Source: Minisyncoccota bacterium (lineage in GTDB: Bacteria > Patescibacteriota > Minisyncoccia > Phycocordibacterales > UBA9973). Taken from it: DNA of 64,000 nt. Positions within the stretch are counted from its first letter, which is position 1. The number at the start of each line of letters is the position of its first letter. Location of the stretch: the NCBI GenBank assembly GCA_017991515.1, contig JAGOQI010000003.1, positions 5,921 to 69,920 on the forward strand, given 5' to 3'. Both the position numbers and the translations under genes were made by a program. Below the pieces are notes generated by a model, which was given only the letters and a program-made list of their open reading frames with translations, was not told where the DNA came from and did not search any database. Of the stretch, positions 44,520-53,703 are shown one piece after another.

Positions 44520-46238
44520 CTATAAAAGCTTTTTGAGTTTCTTCTGAATAAATTTATCAACATCATCAATATCTTTTTGAATATCTTTAAATATTATTTC
44601 TTCATTTTTACTTAAATCTCTACCTACACTTATTTTTTGAAGTTCAACAAGTTGATCGTTAAGCTCCTCTTTCAAAAGACTTACCGCTCTATGAGCATCT
44701 TCTGTCGCCCTTTGAAGAGCTGATCTGTTTCTTTTCTTTAAAGATAGGAACTTATACCAACCAACATATAAAAAGATTATTAATAGTAATACTAAGATAA
44801 TTGCCGAAATAATCCAGAAAATTGTTATAGTTATTTTAGCAATATCAACCTTAAGGACATTTAATTGTACTTTTTCTGAGGGTTGACTTTTAACTGACTC
44901 TGATAAAATGTTTCTTGCTGAAACATTAATAAGTCCAACTTTTCTAATATTGTCAGCTGTTAGAGAAAAAGATCCATCAGAAGAAATTGTTGTTATATAT
45001 TTTTTTATTTCAACTCCAGATAGTTCTAACACTATCTCTGCCTGTTTGTTTGGGTAGTCACTTTTTCCAAAAATAACTACTGATTCTCCTTTTTTTATTT
45101 CAGAAGAACTCAAAGAAATAACAGGTGTGGTGATAGAAGAACTAATAAAACTGGTGTCAGATTGTGTAGAGTTACCAGCACCATCATAAGCTATTACAGA
45201 AATACTGTGATCACCCTGAATTAATATTGGAAGAACATATTCAGAATCTTTTAGATCACTTTTTTTAACAGTTAATACCTGACTGTCATCTATTTTAAGA
45301 GTGTAATAATCTATACCAGATGTTGAGTCCTCAGCATTTAAATTAATAATACTTTGATTGTTCTCTGTTCTGATTGTTGGAATAAAAGGCTCTGGAGCTT
45401 TTGTATCAACTTTTATTTTAAAATTGGTTATAGGACCAAAACCATTGGAGTTAGCATATCTAATATGAAAATAAAATGTACCATCAGGAAGCTCCGTAAG
45501 TGTTTTTTGGGTAACAGAGTTGTCGTAAGAAGTTGTAGGAATTGAATCTGGAATTCTATTAGTAAAAGCTTGAATTGATGTCACCCCTGTTGGAGTTTTC
45601 CAACTAAAAGAGGCGGTGTTATCAGAGTACCAAAGGTTTTGATCTGGATGAGTGACAGAAGTTACAATTGGTTTAGGGGGTGTATTGGTCTTTACAGTTG
45701 CAGGTGGTGGCGTAGGTTGAGGTTCTTCTTTAGTGTCTACAATTTGTATAACACTTGTACCTCTTCCTGATAAAATATCAGTGCCTAAACCGTCATTTTC
45801 GCGTATAGCAGCATCAGAGAAAAGAAGTGAGGCAGTTCCCTGTTTTTTAGCCCTAAAGGTAACAGAAGCAACCGTACCAGTACTACCATTATAGCCAGGA
45901 TTTGCCACTCCTCCATTAAAAGAAACTGTGCCTTTTGTATTTGAATACTCAGGATTTTCTACCCATAATGAAAAAATAGAAGGGCTTTTTGTTATAGATA
46001 TTACTTCTAAGAGATCCACTGGGAACTGAAGTATCGCTTCAGCATTATTAATATACTTACCTTGTGTATTTATATTAATTTTTACAGATACTATATTACC
46101 AACATTAATATTAGAAGTACTCGGTGTTAAGGATAGTGTAGCTGCATTTACTAATGTTGGGGTAAGAACAAATAGTAATACCAGTGTTAGTATTTTTATA
46201 TTTCTACTTATTTTAAAAATAATTAATTTACTTATCAT
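44520..46238 (-). CDS. membrane-anchored surface protein with N-terminal cohesin-like domain, Pro/Thr linker, Ig/FN3-like domains, C-terminal TM and coiled-coil tail
   Basis: 572 aa; signal peptide; cohesin-like block (..NVGNIVSVKININTQG..GTVSFNGGVANPGYNGSTGTVASVTFRAKKQGTASL..); PTPPPATVKTNTPPKP linker; TM ITITIFWIISAIILVLLLIIFLYVGW. Confidence 0.6.
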   Translation of the reverse strand: MISKLIIFKISRNIKILTLVLLFVLTPTLVNAATLSLTPSTSNINVGNIVSVKININTQGKYINNAEAILQFPVDLLEVISITKSPSIFSLWVENPEYSNTKGTVSFNGGVANPGYNGSTGTVASVTFRAKKQGTASLLFSDAAIRENDGLGTDILSGRGTSVIQIVDTKEEPQPTPPPATVKTNTPPKPIVTSVTHPDQNLWYSDNTASFSWKTPTGVTSIQAFTNRIPDSIPTTSYDNSVTQKTLTELPDGTFYFHIRYANSNGFGPITNFKIKVDTKAPEPFIPTIRTENNQSIINLNAEDSTSGIDYYTLKIDDSQVLTVKKSDLKDSEYVLPILIQGDHSISVIAYDGAGNSTQSDTSFISSSITTPVISLSSSEIKKGESVVIFGKSDYPNKQAEIVLELSGVEIKKYITTISSDGSFSLTADNIRKVGLINVSARNILSESVKSQPSEKVQLNVLKVDIAKITITIFWIISAIILVLLLIIFLYVGWYKFLSLKKRNRSALQRATEDAHRAVSLLKEELNDQLVELQKISVGRDLSKNEEIIFKDIQKDIDDVDKFIQKKLKKLL

Positions 46239-47142
46239 TTTTCTTTTTATTCTTACGGAACTTTTTTACAATTTTAAAGATCATAATAATAAACAGAACT
46301 GTAATAATAACTGATAGCCAGCGGATTGGTTCTTTGGCTTTTAAGACTGAGACTTGAAAGTTTCCAGCTTTATCATAAGCAGTTACTATGACATCAACAT
46401 TTTTATTTTGATTAATTAATATATAACTAGTACCTGTGCGCACTGCTAGATATGCACCTTCTCTAACTTCATAGTAACTAATACCAGATTGGCTATCTGT
46501 AGTTTCAAAAGAGAGAAACTTTTTTCCATCAAATAAACTACTATCTTGTACTATTTTTATAATAAAAGGTTCAGGAGCAACATTATCATTTGAAACAATC
46601 TCTTGCCATTTGTTTTGCGGATTAACACTTGCCTTTCCAATAGAAATAACAGAAGTGTCTTTTGCAATATCTAAAGCTGTACCAAGACCATCATTTAAAT
46701 AGACAGCTACTTTAGTTGGTATTATGGAGAATTTTCCAGAATCGTTGATTTTAACAATAATCTTAAAAAGTAAAATACGATCACCATTTATCCCGTTTGG
46801 AATTCCTCCAACAAAAGAGATCTTACCTCCTTCTTCAAGGGAAGGTTTACGAGGCCATATATTAAAAACAGAATTAACAAGACTGAGCTCCTTAACTTCA
46901 AAGTTTCCATTGTGCTCATCTTTGAGAGTGATTAATCCTTCAATAGAGTTTATTGTTTGACCTTCTGTATTTAAATAAACATTGATAATACTAGTATCAC
47001 CAGAAGAAATTGTACTTTCAGCAGAAGAATTAATTGTGGCAGCAAGAGTTTTACTAGGCACAATAAATAATATAAATATTGGTATTAAGAAGATTATTGA
47101 TTTGTATTTTATTTGTTTTTTCATATAGGTTTTTTGCCCCAT
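46228..47142 (-). CDS. cohesin-like domain surface protein with C-terminal TM anchor (paralogue of the preceding gene)
   Basis: 304 aa; signal peptide; cohesin-like block (..GDTSIINVYLNTEGQ..GKISFVGGIPNGINGDRILLFKIIVKINDSGKFSI..) alignable to the 572-aa protein; C-terminal TM + KKFRKNKKKNDK. Confidence 0.6.
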   Translation of the reverse strand: MGQKTYMKKQIKYKSIIFLIPIFILFIVPSKTLAATINSSAESTISSGDTSIINVYLNTEGQTINSIEGLITLKDEHNGNFEVKELSLVNSVFNIWPRKPSLEEGGKISFVGGIPNGINGDRILLFKIIVKINDSGKFSIIPTKVAVYLNDGLGTALDIAKDTSVISIGKASVNPQNKWQEIVSNDNVAPEPFIIKIVQDSSLFDGKKFLSFETTDSQSGISYYEVREGAYLAVRTGTSYILINQNKNVDVIVTAYDKAGNFQVSVLKAKEPIRWLSVIITVLFIIMIFKIVKKFRKNKKKNDK

Positions 47143-49574
47143 TGATAAAGCATAATGGAGAAGTCAACTGAGTCTGCCTTACTATCGCTGTTTATATCTA
47201 CACATGGATTTTTGAAAGGAGGAGATGTCTTCCAGAAGTAAAGCAATATGGAAAAATCAACAGAATCAACTACCCCGCTTTTATTAAAATCAGCTCCATT
47301 ACAAGAACCTGTTGGGGTTGGTGGTAAAGTAGTATTACCTCCACCCCCGCCTCCACCACCTCCTCCTCCTCCACTACTTCCAGAAACAGTAAACACTCTT
47401 GATGCGCCAGAACTCTCAGTTCCAAAATACACTATTAATTTAAAATAATATGTGCCAGCTGTTGAGACTGCTGCGGAAAGGTTTGTATTCCAGTCTTCAC
47501 CTGGGTTTATAAATTTTGCCGCTGAGGCATAGTAAGCATCATCGTTGCCACCACATTCATTGGCCAGCGAAGACACGACACACCATTCATATTGATATTC
47601 ATATCCAGTAAGACCTTCATTTGTGATTGTAGTATTACCAATAACAGAACTTACAGATGCAGCTGTTACAGAGTTAATCAATACTTGAGCTGGAGAACCT
47701 GCTACTTCCCAATAATCATTTGTTAATACTGTTTTACCACTTTCTACTTGAGTTGAGGCAACTGTCTCCCAGAGACCTTGAGCTGCTCCACTATTTACAG
47801 TATAGGTATACTCATATACACCAGTACTAACCAAGTTCATAGCCACACCAGAGACAACAACATTGCGACTTACATCATAAAGAGTAATTGTTGGAGCTGC
47901 AAATGGCGCTGTTGGTGCAGAACTGCCATCTAAAATAAATATCTTAGTTCTATACATCTGACCTGTTTGAACGCGTTCAATGTTACCCATTTTTACGATC
48001 CAGCTACCAGAAACAGAAGTAGCCCTAGAAGAAACCGTAGCATCAAGGTTTGTTTTAACCTGCTCTCCTATTGAGTCCACAGTAGTAATAGAAGATGAAA
48101 GAACATTCCAAACATCGGCAGCAGTTATATCATTGCCATAACTAGAGAGAGTTCTTGTAGCATTTGCCCAGACTGCAGTAGCTACAGCAGAAGTTGAGTA
48201 ATCAGTGAGAGTACGGGTAGCTGATGTCCAAACATCAGCAGCAGACAGGTTGCTTGTGCCACGAGTAGAAACTTGTGTGTCTAAATTGTCGACAATAAGT
48301 TTTCCAACACTTCCTGAGGTAGTAAGTGCTGAAGTTGCTTTGTCCCAAATCGCACTAACTGAAGTTCCTGAAATATCTACACCCGAAGTTAGTGTTCGAG
48401 TTCCGGCTGACCAAACATCAGTTGCAGAAATATTATTGAGGTCATTTATTAATGTAGCGTTTGCTTGAGTTTGAGTAAGAATATCTGAAGCTTTTGCATC
48501 TACATTTGTTTTAACTTGTTCTCCAATCGAACCAACAGTCGTGAGTGTGGATGAAAGAACATTCCAAACATCAGCAGCAGTTATATCATTGCCATAACTA
48601 GATAGAGTACGAGTACTAGCTGCCCAAACACCAGTAGATACAGCATCTACTCCTGAGCTAGATAGAGTTCTTGTAGCATTTGCCCAGACATCACCTGCAG
48701 TTAAGTTACTTGTACCTCTACTTGAAACTTGAGCATCAAGATTATCTAAAATAAGTTTACCTACACTCCCAGAAGTAGTGAGCCCAGAAGTTGCCTTATC
48801 CCAAATGGAAGTAACTGAAGCACTGTCTATATTTACAGTCCCAGAATTAGTAGAACGAGTACCATAAGTCCAAATATCAGCGGCAGAAATATTGTTCAAA
48901 GAGTTTATAAGTGTTCTATTTGTTTGAATTTCAGTAACAATAGTTGCTTGAGACGAGTCTACATATGTTTCTGTTGCAAGTGAACCTCCTCCGGCGATAT
49001 CTTTTGTTGTCAGTTGACGAGTTGGGGCAAAGGTATTATTCCAAACATCGGCAGCAAGTGAGCCGAAGGCTGTAAGTGTTCGAGTTCCATTACTCCAAAC
49101 GCTAGTTGCTATATCAGAGACAAGTGAGCCAAACGATGTAAGAGTTCTAGTTCCCGCTGACCAAACTGAGGACGCAATAGAAGAATCTGTTACAACAGGA
49201 GCCTTAAGAATAAAAGACTTATCTAATTTTAATAAATCCCCACCAATAAGAGTGCCACAACTTATAAAAGCAGGGTACTTCCCTTCTGTTGCTGGTGTTG
49301 CATAAGAATAATAGTGCCAACCTGTAGCATCATCAGTCATTGTCGCACTACTTACCAAGGGTGTTCCAGACGGAGAGTATATAGAGATAGTACAATCATC
49401 AGTAGTTGGGGTGTAGTCGTCGTTGTATATAAATTCCCCGATTGTAATAGTCTCTAGTGGTATATATATGTCGGAAGCGTAAACATTTACCGGCAAGAAT
49501 AATACAAGCCAAAGAAAAAAACTTGCTTGAATATAAAAATAAAATATTGTATTTTTAAAATAAATAATTTTCAC
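47121..49574 (-). CDS. large secreted repeat protein with C-terminal dockerin domain (two Ca-binding-loop repeats) preceded by a poly-Gly linker
   Basis: 817 aa; signal peptide; two ~152-aa tandem repeats; GGGGGGGGGGGG linker; C-terminal DFNKSGVVDSVDFSILLYFW ... DINSDSKADSVDFSIMLYQW = duplicated dockerin F-hand segments. Confidence 0.7.
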   Translation of the reverse strand: MKIIYFKNTIFYFYIQASFFLWLVLFLPVNVYASDIYIPLETITIGEFIYNDDYTPTTDDCTISIYSPSGTPLVSSATMTDDATGWHYYSYATPATEGKYPAFISCGTLIGGDLLKLDKSFILKAPVVTDSSIASSVWSAGTRTLTSFGSLVSDIATSVWSNGTRTLTAFGSLAADVWNNTFAPTRQLTTKDIAGGGSLATETYVDSSQATIVTEIQTNRTLINSLNNISAADIWTYGTRSTNSGTVNIDSASVTSIWDKATSGLTTSGSVGKLILDNLDAQVSSRGTSNLTAGDVWANATRTLSSSGVDAVSTGVWAASTRTLSSYGNDITAADVWNVLSSTLTTVGSIGEQVKTNVDAKASDILTQTQANATLINDLNNISATDVWSAGTRTLTSGVDISGTSVSAIWDKATSALTTSGSVGKLIVDNLDTQVSTRGTSNLSAADVWTSATRTLTDYSTSAVATAVWANATRTLSSYGNDITAADVWNVLSSSITTVDSIGEQVKTNLDATVSSRATSVSGSWIVKMGNIERVQTGQMYRTKIFILDGSSAPTAPFAAPTITLYDVSRNVVVSGVAMNLVSTGVYEYTYTVNSGAAQGLWETVASTQVESGKTVLTNDYWEVAGSPAQVLINSVTAASVSSVIGNTTITNEGLTGYEYQYEWCVVSSLANECGGNDDAYYASAAKFINPGEDWNTNLSAAVSTAGTYYFKLIVYFGTESSGASRVFTVSGSSGGGGGGGGGGGGNTTLPPTPTGSCNGADFNKSGVVDSVDFSILLYFWKTSPPFKNPCVDINSDSKADSVDFSIMLYQWGKKPI
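48045..48965 (-). repeat. internal in-frame tandem duplication (~460 nt x 2) inside the dockerin protein gene
   Basis: near-identical stretches, e.g. gaaagaacattccaaacatc(g/a)gcagcagttatatcattgccataactaga occurring at ~48095 and ~48560; protein units ...LIN(S/D)LNNISA.D.W..GTR...DKATS.LTTSGSVGKLI.DNLD.QVS.RGTSNL.A.DVW...TRTL... Confidence 0.8.
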
Positions 49575-49643
49575 AAATCGCCTCTAAAAACAAAGTCGCA
49601 TAGATAGTTGCGCTAAAAATATCTCTTGGAGAAAATAAGAATA

Positions 49644-49817
49644 TTATTTTTTATTATCCCCTTCAACAACATCACTATCTGAACCTTTAAAAACACCTGT
49701 TAGGTTTTTAAAAGCTTGAACAAGATTCTTTGCAAGCTCTGGTATCTTCTTTGACCCAAAAAGAAGAACGATAACAACGGCAATTATAATGATTTCTTTT
49801 GTTCCTAATCCAAACAT
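49644..49817 (-). CDS. tatA: twin-arginine translocase subunit TatA (copy 1, 57 aa); not in the ORF track
   Basis: MFGLGTKEIIIIAVVIVLLFGSKKIPELAKNLVQAFKNL... matches the TatA TM helix - FG hinge - amphipathic helix pattern. Confidence 0.75.
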   Translation of the reverse strand: MFGLGTKEIIIIAVVIVLLFGSKKIPELAKNLVQAFKNLTGVFKGSDSDVVEGDNKK

Positions 49818-50012
49818 AAATATTAAACAAGTTAATTAATAAACCCTATATTACTACTTTTTACTAACATCACTATCTTTAAATGCCCCAAAAATATGTC
49901 GAATAGCATCAGCTATTGATTTTGTAAGCTCTGGTATCTTCTTTGACCCAAAAAGAAGAACGATAACAACGGCAATTATAATGATTTCTTTTGTTCCTAA
50001 TCCAAACATAAA
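49734..50012 (-). repeat. two identical 87-nt direct repeats (49734-49820 and 49926-50012) = 5' ends of the tandem tatA paralogues
   Basis: aagctctggtatcttctttgacccaaaaagaagaacgataacaacggcaattataatgatttcttttgttcctaatccaaacataaa occurs twice verbatim. Confidence 0.9.
49854..50009 (-). CDS. tatA: twin-arginine translocase subunit TatA (copy 2, 51 aa); not in the ORF track
   Basis: MFGLGTKEIIIIAVVIVLLFGSKKIPELTKSIADAIRHIFGAFKD...; first 28 codons identical at DNA level to copy 1. Confidence 0.75.
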   Translation of the reverse strand: MFGLGTKEIIIIAVVIVLLFGSKKIPELTKSIADAIRHIFGAFKDSDVSKK

Positions 50013-50024
50013 ATAAATTTATTT

Positions 50025-50756
50025 TTATACTTCTAAACTGCGACCACGACTACCTATACGATTAAACAAAACTGTAAGCTCAAAAATTAATATCAACGGC
50101 AACGCCATTAATATCAATGATAAACCATCAGTTGGGGGAAGTAAAGAGACAATTATAAAAATAGTGACTATAGCATGCTTCCTTTTAGATCTTAAGAATC
50201 TTACGCTAATAATACGTAAACGAATAAGAAAAGTAATGACTAATGGAAATATAAATAAAAGACCTAAAAGAGTTGAAGTTAGTATAATCTGATAAATATA
50301 TGAACTAATATCCCAATAATTAACAACTCCTAAGTTCACATTTATTAAAGCAATTAATCTAATTGCGTAGTAGAGCATCACTGAGCTATATAAAAACCCT
50401 ACTATAAATAACAGTAGCCCTAGTGGCAAAGATAGTAAAAAAAACTTTCGCTCTTTAGGAAGTAATGCTGATTTTAAAAATGAATAAAGAAAATAAATAA
50501 GTATAGGAACAGTCACTATAGAAGCCATAAAGAAGCCTATACTCATTCCAAGATCAACCAACTGAAAAGGTGAGGTAGTAGCAATAGTAACTCCATCTAT
50601 TACTAAGTATTTTAACATCAACTTTATGATAGGACCTATATTAAGAAAACTTATAGCAAATACAATAGCAAATATTTTTACAAGTAGAACTAATCTTCCT
50701 CTTAACTCTTCAAAGTAAGTAGCGTATTTAGCTAAATTTGTTTGGAAATTACTCAT
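50025..50756 (-). CDS. tatC: twin-arginine translocase subunit TatC
   Basis: 243 aa; 6 TM; N-terminal ..YFEELRGRLVLLVKIFAIVFAISF.. resembles the TatC HLxELRxRL motif; immediately upstream of tatA-tatA. Confidence 0.6.
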   Translation of the reverse strand: MSNFQTNLAKYATYFEELRGRLVLLVKIFAIVFAISFLNIGPIIKLMLKYLVIDGVTIATTSPFQLVDLGMSIGFFMASIVTVPILIYFLYSFLKSALLPKERKFFLLSLPLGLLLFIVGFLYSSVMLYYAIRLIALINVNLGVVNYWDISSYIYQIILTSTLLGLLFIFPLVITFLIRLRIISVRFLRSKRKHAIVTIFIIVSLLPPTDGLSLILMALPLILIFELTVLFNRIGSRGRSLEV

Positions 50757-50768
50757 AAAAATTTTAGG

Positions 50769-50951
50769 CTACTCTGACATTATAAAAATATTTCCACCAC
50801 CAGTTTTCTCTGGTGCTTCTAAAAGTAAATATTGAGTACCATTAGCCTCTACCAAGATATCATTAACTGATCCAACGTAAGCAATAAAAGGAAACTCAGT
50901 AATAAAATCCTGCCCTTCCCCTTCTTGAAAATTAATGTCAGTTAGTGCCAT
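50769..50951 (-). CDS. hypothetical small protein (60 aa) in the tat-linked operon
   Basis: ORF 12 nt upstream of tatC, same strand. Confidence 0.4.
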   Translation of the reverse strand: MALTDINFQEGEGQDFITEFPFIAYVGSVNDILVEANGTQYLLLEAPEKTGGGNIFIMSE

Positions 50952-50957
50952 AAAATT

Positions 50958-51563
50958 TTACCCAAATTTTCTTTTAGTTTTTCTATTTAACATACTTACA
51001 GCTTGCTCTTCTGGTATTACCTCTGGGACAATTTCTTCAACAGGTGTTAGAAAAACTTCTTGTTCTGGTTGTATACCTTCTGTAGGTACTTCTTCTTCAG
51101 GTAACACTTCCTCTTTAATTGTTTCTTCTGGAATATTTTCTTCTTCCTCAGCGGCTTCTTCTATGGTTTCCTCAATTTCTTCTTTTTGTTCATCTGGATT
51201 TATTTTTTTCTCTTCCATTTTTTCTTGTTCAGTAACTATAGCTTCATCTAAAGAACCAGGTTCAAGCTCTCCATTATCCATCTGTGCCAAAAGTTCGTTT
51301 GTCATCCTGACATATGAAGCTGCTGTATGGGTGGATGTCGGATCAATTTTTAAGATTTCTTCCCCAAGTTCTTTGTGTCCACTAAATTTATAAACAAGTC
51401 CTCCGTACTTTATATATTGAGCTTGAAATGTACCAGAAATTATATTAGGACTATCTACATCATAAAATTCAATAAGAGTACCATCTTCATAATCACCCGT
51501 AAGTGTAGCCACTTTTAGATTTTCACTTTCAAATACATTTTGGTCTTGAGTAATGTGAATCAT
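50958..51563 (-). CDS. hypothetical protein with Glu-rich low-complexity C-terminal tail
   Basis: 201 aa; C-terminus EEKKINPDEQKEEIEETIEEAAEEEENIPEETIKEEVLPEEEVPTEG. Confidence 0.5.
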   Translation of the reverse strand: MIHITQDQNVFESENLKVATLTGDYEDGTLIEFYDVDSPNIISGTFQAQYIKYGGLVYKFSGHKELGEEILKIDPTSTHTAASYVRMTNELLAQMDNGELEPGSLDEAIVTEQEKMEEKKINPDEQKEEIEETIEEAAEEEENIPEETIKEEVLPEEEVPTEGIQPEQEVFLTPVEEIVPEVIPEEQAVSMLNRKTKRKFG

Positions 51564-53696
51564 TTAATTTTGGGTGAGTAATGCTCTCACTTTTATGTTA
51601 TCTGCTAAAGACGTTGGAGTGTACCTTATATAGGTTGTCTCATTCCCTTTATCAGTAGTATCATATGCGCCCCAAGCACTACCATCGTTAGTAGATTTTT
51701 CAAAAACTCCAGAAGATTCTGCAGTAGTTGTGTCATCTAAAAGCAATCCGCCTGTTTCCGCATTATAAAGTCTAATTCGTAAGTTCGGTACTGTACTACT
51801 AAACGCAGTAGAGAATCTCCAAGCAAATATTTTGTTTATTGTCGAAGATTGTCCAACTGATGGTTGATAGTGTGAGTCAGTAGTATTATCTTCGTACACT
51901 AGAGTCATGCTATATATTCGTGCAGGAATACAATTCTCTCCTAAGATTTTAAATTCAAACATAAACTGGATAGCCGCTCCAGGTATGACACCAGTAAAAT
52001 CATGTGTGTCATCGAGCGCATTCCAAGCACCAGAATCGTCAGAAATTCCAGAAGTACGATAAAACATACGGTACGGTTCAGGTTGTAATCCGAGAGTACC
52101 AGAACCTAATTGCAAAGCATTATTTACATAAACACGATATAAAGTAGAAGCATCAGTAGTATCAAGAGATGGAGTTATGAGTCGCTGATATGGAGCTTGT
52201 CCTGCGTAAGCCCAGTGGACACCCGTCGGTACTGCATACAACTGGTTTAAGGTGACAGACGCAGTTACTCTGGCCATATAAGAGATACCACCTTCCGACC
52301 ACACTGAGAAAGGTAGTGCTGATATGGCCGGGTGTGGAGTAGCTCCCGAGTCCGTGGTGCTCTGATCGTACTGCTTATCATCAGAAAGAAATATGTGATC
52401 AAAAGGATCACCAGTTGTATTATATTTTGTCACATAGCTTCTAGCACCAGCTGTCCCAGAACTCATAACAATAAGCCTATCCATACTGTCAGCAATCTCA
52501 ACAGAACTTAAAGCAGAGTTAAGTGGGTATGTCACAGAACCACCAGGAGGAACCTCTATCATTGCATCACTTTGCCATGCAGGGTTACCACTAGTGATAT
52601 TACTAAGAGCCGCTCTATAAACTCTTGTTGTCGTCACAAAATACAATGATTCTACACCACTAGCAGGTCCATGGGTAAGTACCCCAATTCTTCCATTGTT
52701 TAACTGTGAACAAGTTCCAGTAGGTGTTTGGGCGGCAGTCACTAAAACAAATGCGGAGACAGATTTGCCAGAAGAAAGCCCAGCAAGAGGTGCTCGTATA
52801 TTGTATTTATACACCCTATTTGTAGTTGTTGTACCATCTATAACATAAATATAGTGCTGTAAAAAAGAGTCTCTGTCTTCAATAGCAGATCCGCAGGCGA
52901 TAGTGTTCGTAACAGTAGAAGCATCTGCCAACCAGTAACATGCTCGGATATTGTCAGTGGTAGTAGCTGCTGGTATTGTGGTTCCACCATTTGAAAATAC
53001 CGAGTCTCTTAAACCTTTTACTACAAACAATCCTCCGTTAGCCGGTGTAGCATTTGTTGTTGCTATTACTGCACGCAATTCCTCAACTACATATGCTCCA
53101 TTGGTAATAGTCCCAGCACTAGCAGTCAGTGTGATACTCGTGTCCGAAACAATAGAAGCAACTTCATACCATGTAGTAATTGATCCAGGGACAGTAGAAC
53201 CAAATCCTATACGAGAACCAACAGCAACTCCATCTGTAAGCCATGTCGTACCACTACCAGTAACTGTTGTGCCACTCACTGATGCTGTACCAGTAATGTG
53301 AAAGTCTCTCGTCATACGAAAACCTCTTACTGTATGAACTGTAGCTGTAGGAAAAGTAACGGTAATAAATCCATCCCAATTAAAAACCCCGGTTGAAATT
53401 GTATGTTGATATTTTATTATTCTTCTTGTAGCAGCTGCTGTTCCATTATCGATAAGAAATACCCAATTAACATCTGGATTAGACGTAGTGACAACATATG
53501 GAAAAACAGCAGCAATAGCAGTGCTGGCTTCCATTGGTCGAGCGAGCCCGATAGGCATGGGGCCCACAAATTTATCCAAACTGGTTGCACCAGTCCTCTG
53601 TTGAATTAAAACACCTAGATTAGTTTTACTGGGATCATAACTTGTGTATGGAGTAACAGCTCCAGTAAAAACATGTTCTATCGCTCGTTTTGCCAT
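51564..53696 (-). CDS. hypothetical large Thr/Gly/Ser/Ala-rich protein (710 aa), no signal peptide; composition atypical for this genome (structural/beta-rich?)
   Basis: long uninterrupted ORF; visibly GC-richer coding DNA than neighbours; abuts flanking genes with 0-8 nt spacers. Confidence 0.6.
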   Translation of the reverse strand: MAKRAIEHVFTGAVTPYTSYDPSKTNLGVLIQQRTGATSLDKFVGPMPIGLARPMEASTAIAAVFPYVVTTSNPDVNWVFLIDNGTAAATRRIIKYQHTISTGVFNWDGFITVTFPTATVHTVRGFRMTRDFHITGTASVSGTTVTGSGTTWLTDGVAVGSRIGFGSTVPGSITTWYEVASIVSDTSITLTASAGTITNGAYVVEELRAVIATTNATPANGGLFVVKGLRDSVFSNGGTTIPAATTTDNIRACYWLADASTVTNTIACGSAIEDRDSFLQHYIYVIDGTTTTNRVYKYNIRAPLAGLSSGKSVSAFVLVTAAQTPTGTCSQLNNGRIGVLTHGPASGVESLYFVTTTRVYRAALSNITSGNPAWQSDAMIEVPPGGSVTYPLNSALSSVEIADSMDRLIVMSSGTAGARSYVTKYNTTGDPFDHIFLSDDKQYDQSTTDSGATPHPAISALPFSVWSEGGISYMARVTASVTLNQLYAVPTGVHWAYAGQAPYQRLITPSLDTTDASTLYRVYVNNALQLGSGTLGLQPEPYRMFYRTSGISDDSGAWNALDDTHDFTGVIPGAAIQFMFEFKILGENCIPARIYSMTLVYEDNTTDSHYQPSVGQSSTINKIFAWRFSTAFSSTVPNLRIRLYNAETGGLLLDDTTTAESSGVFEKSTNDGSAWGAYDTTDKGNETTYIRYTPTSLADNIKVRALLTQN

Positions 53697-53703
53697 AAAT
53701 ATT

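Noticed and set aside
47335-47373. Poly-Gly-coding tract as a phase-variation simple sequence repeat
   Set aside because: The DNA repeat is imperfect (cc(t/a)cc variants mixed with cccccg), so slippage potential is low; the length is a multiple of 3 and it sits as an in-frame interdomain linker
47248-47448. 66-aa plus-strand ORF encoding a poly-Pro run
   Set aside because: Reverse complement of the Gly12 linker of the dockerin protein; artefact of the GC-rich tract
50935-51393. 152-aa plus-strand Ser-rich ORF
   Set aside because: Antisense to the 201-aa Glu-tailed gene; extreme low complexity
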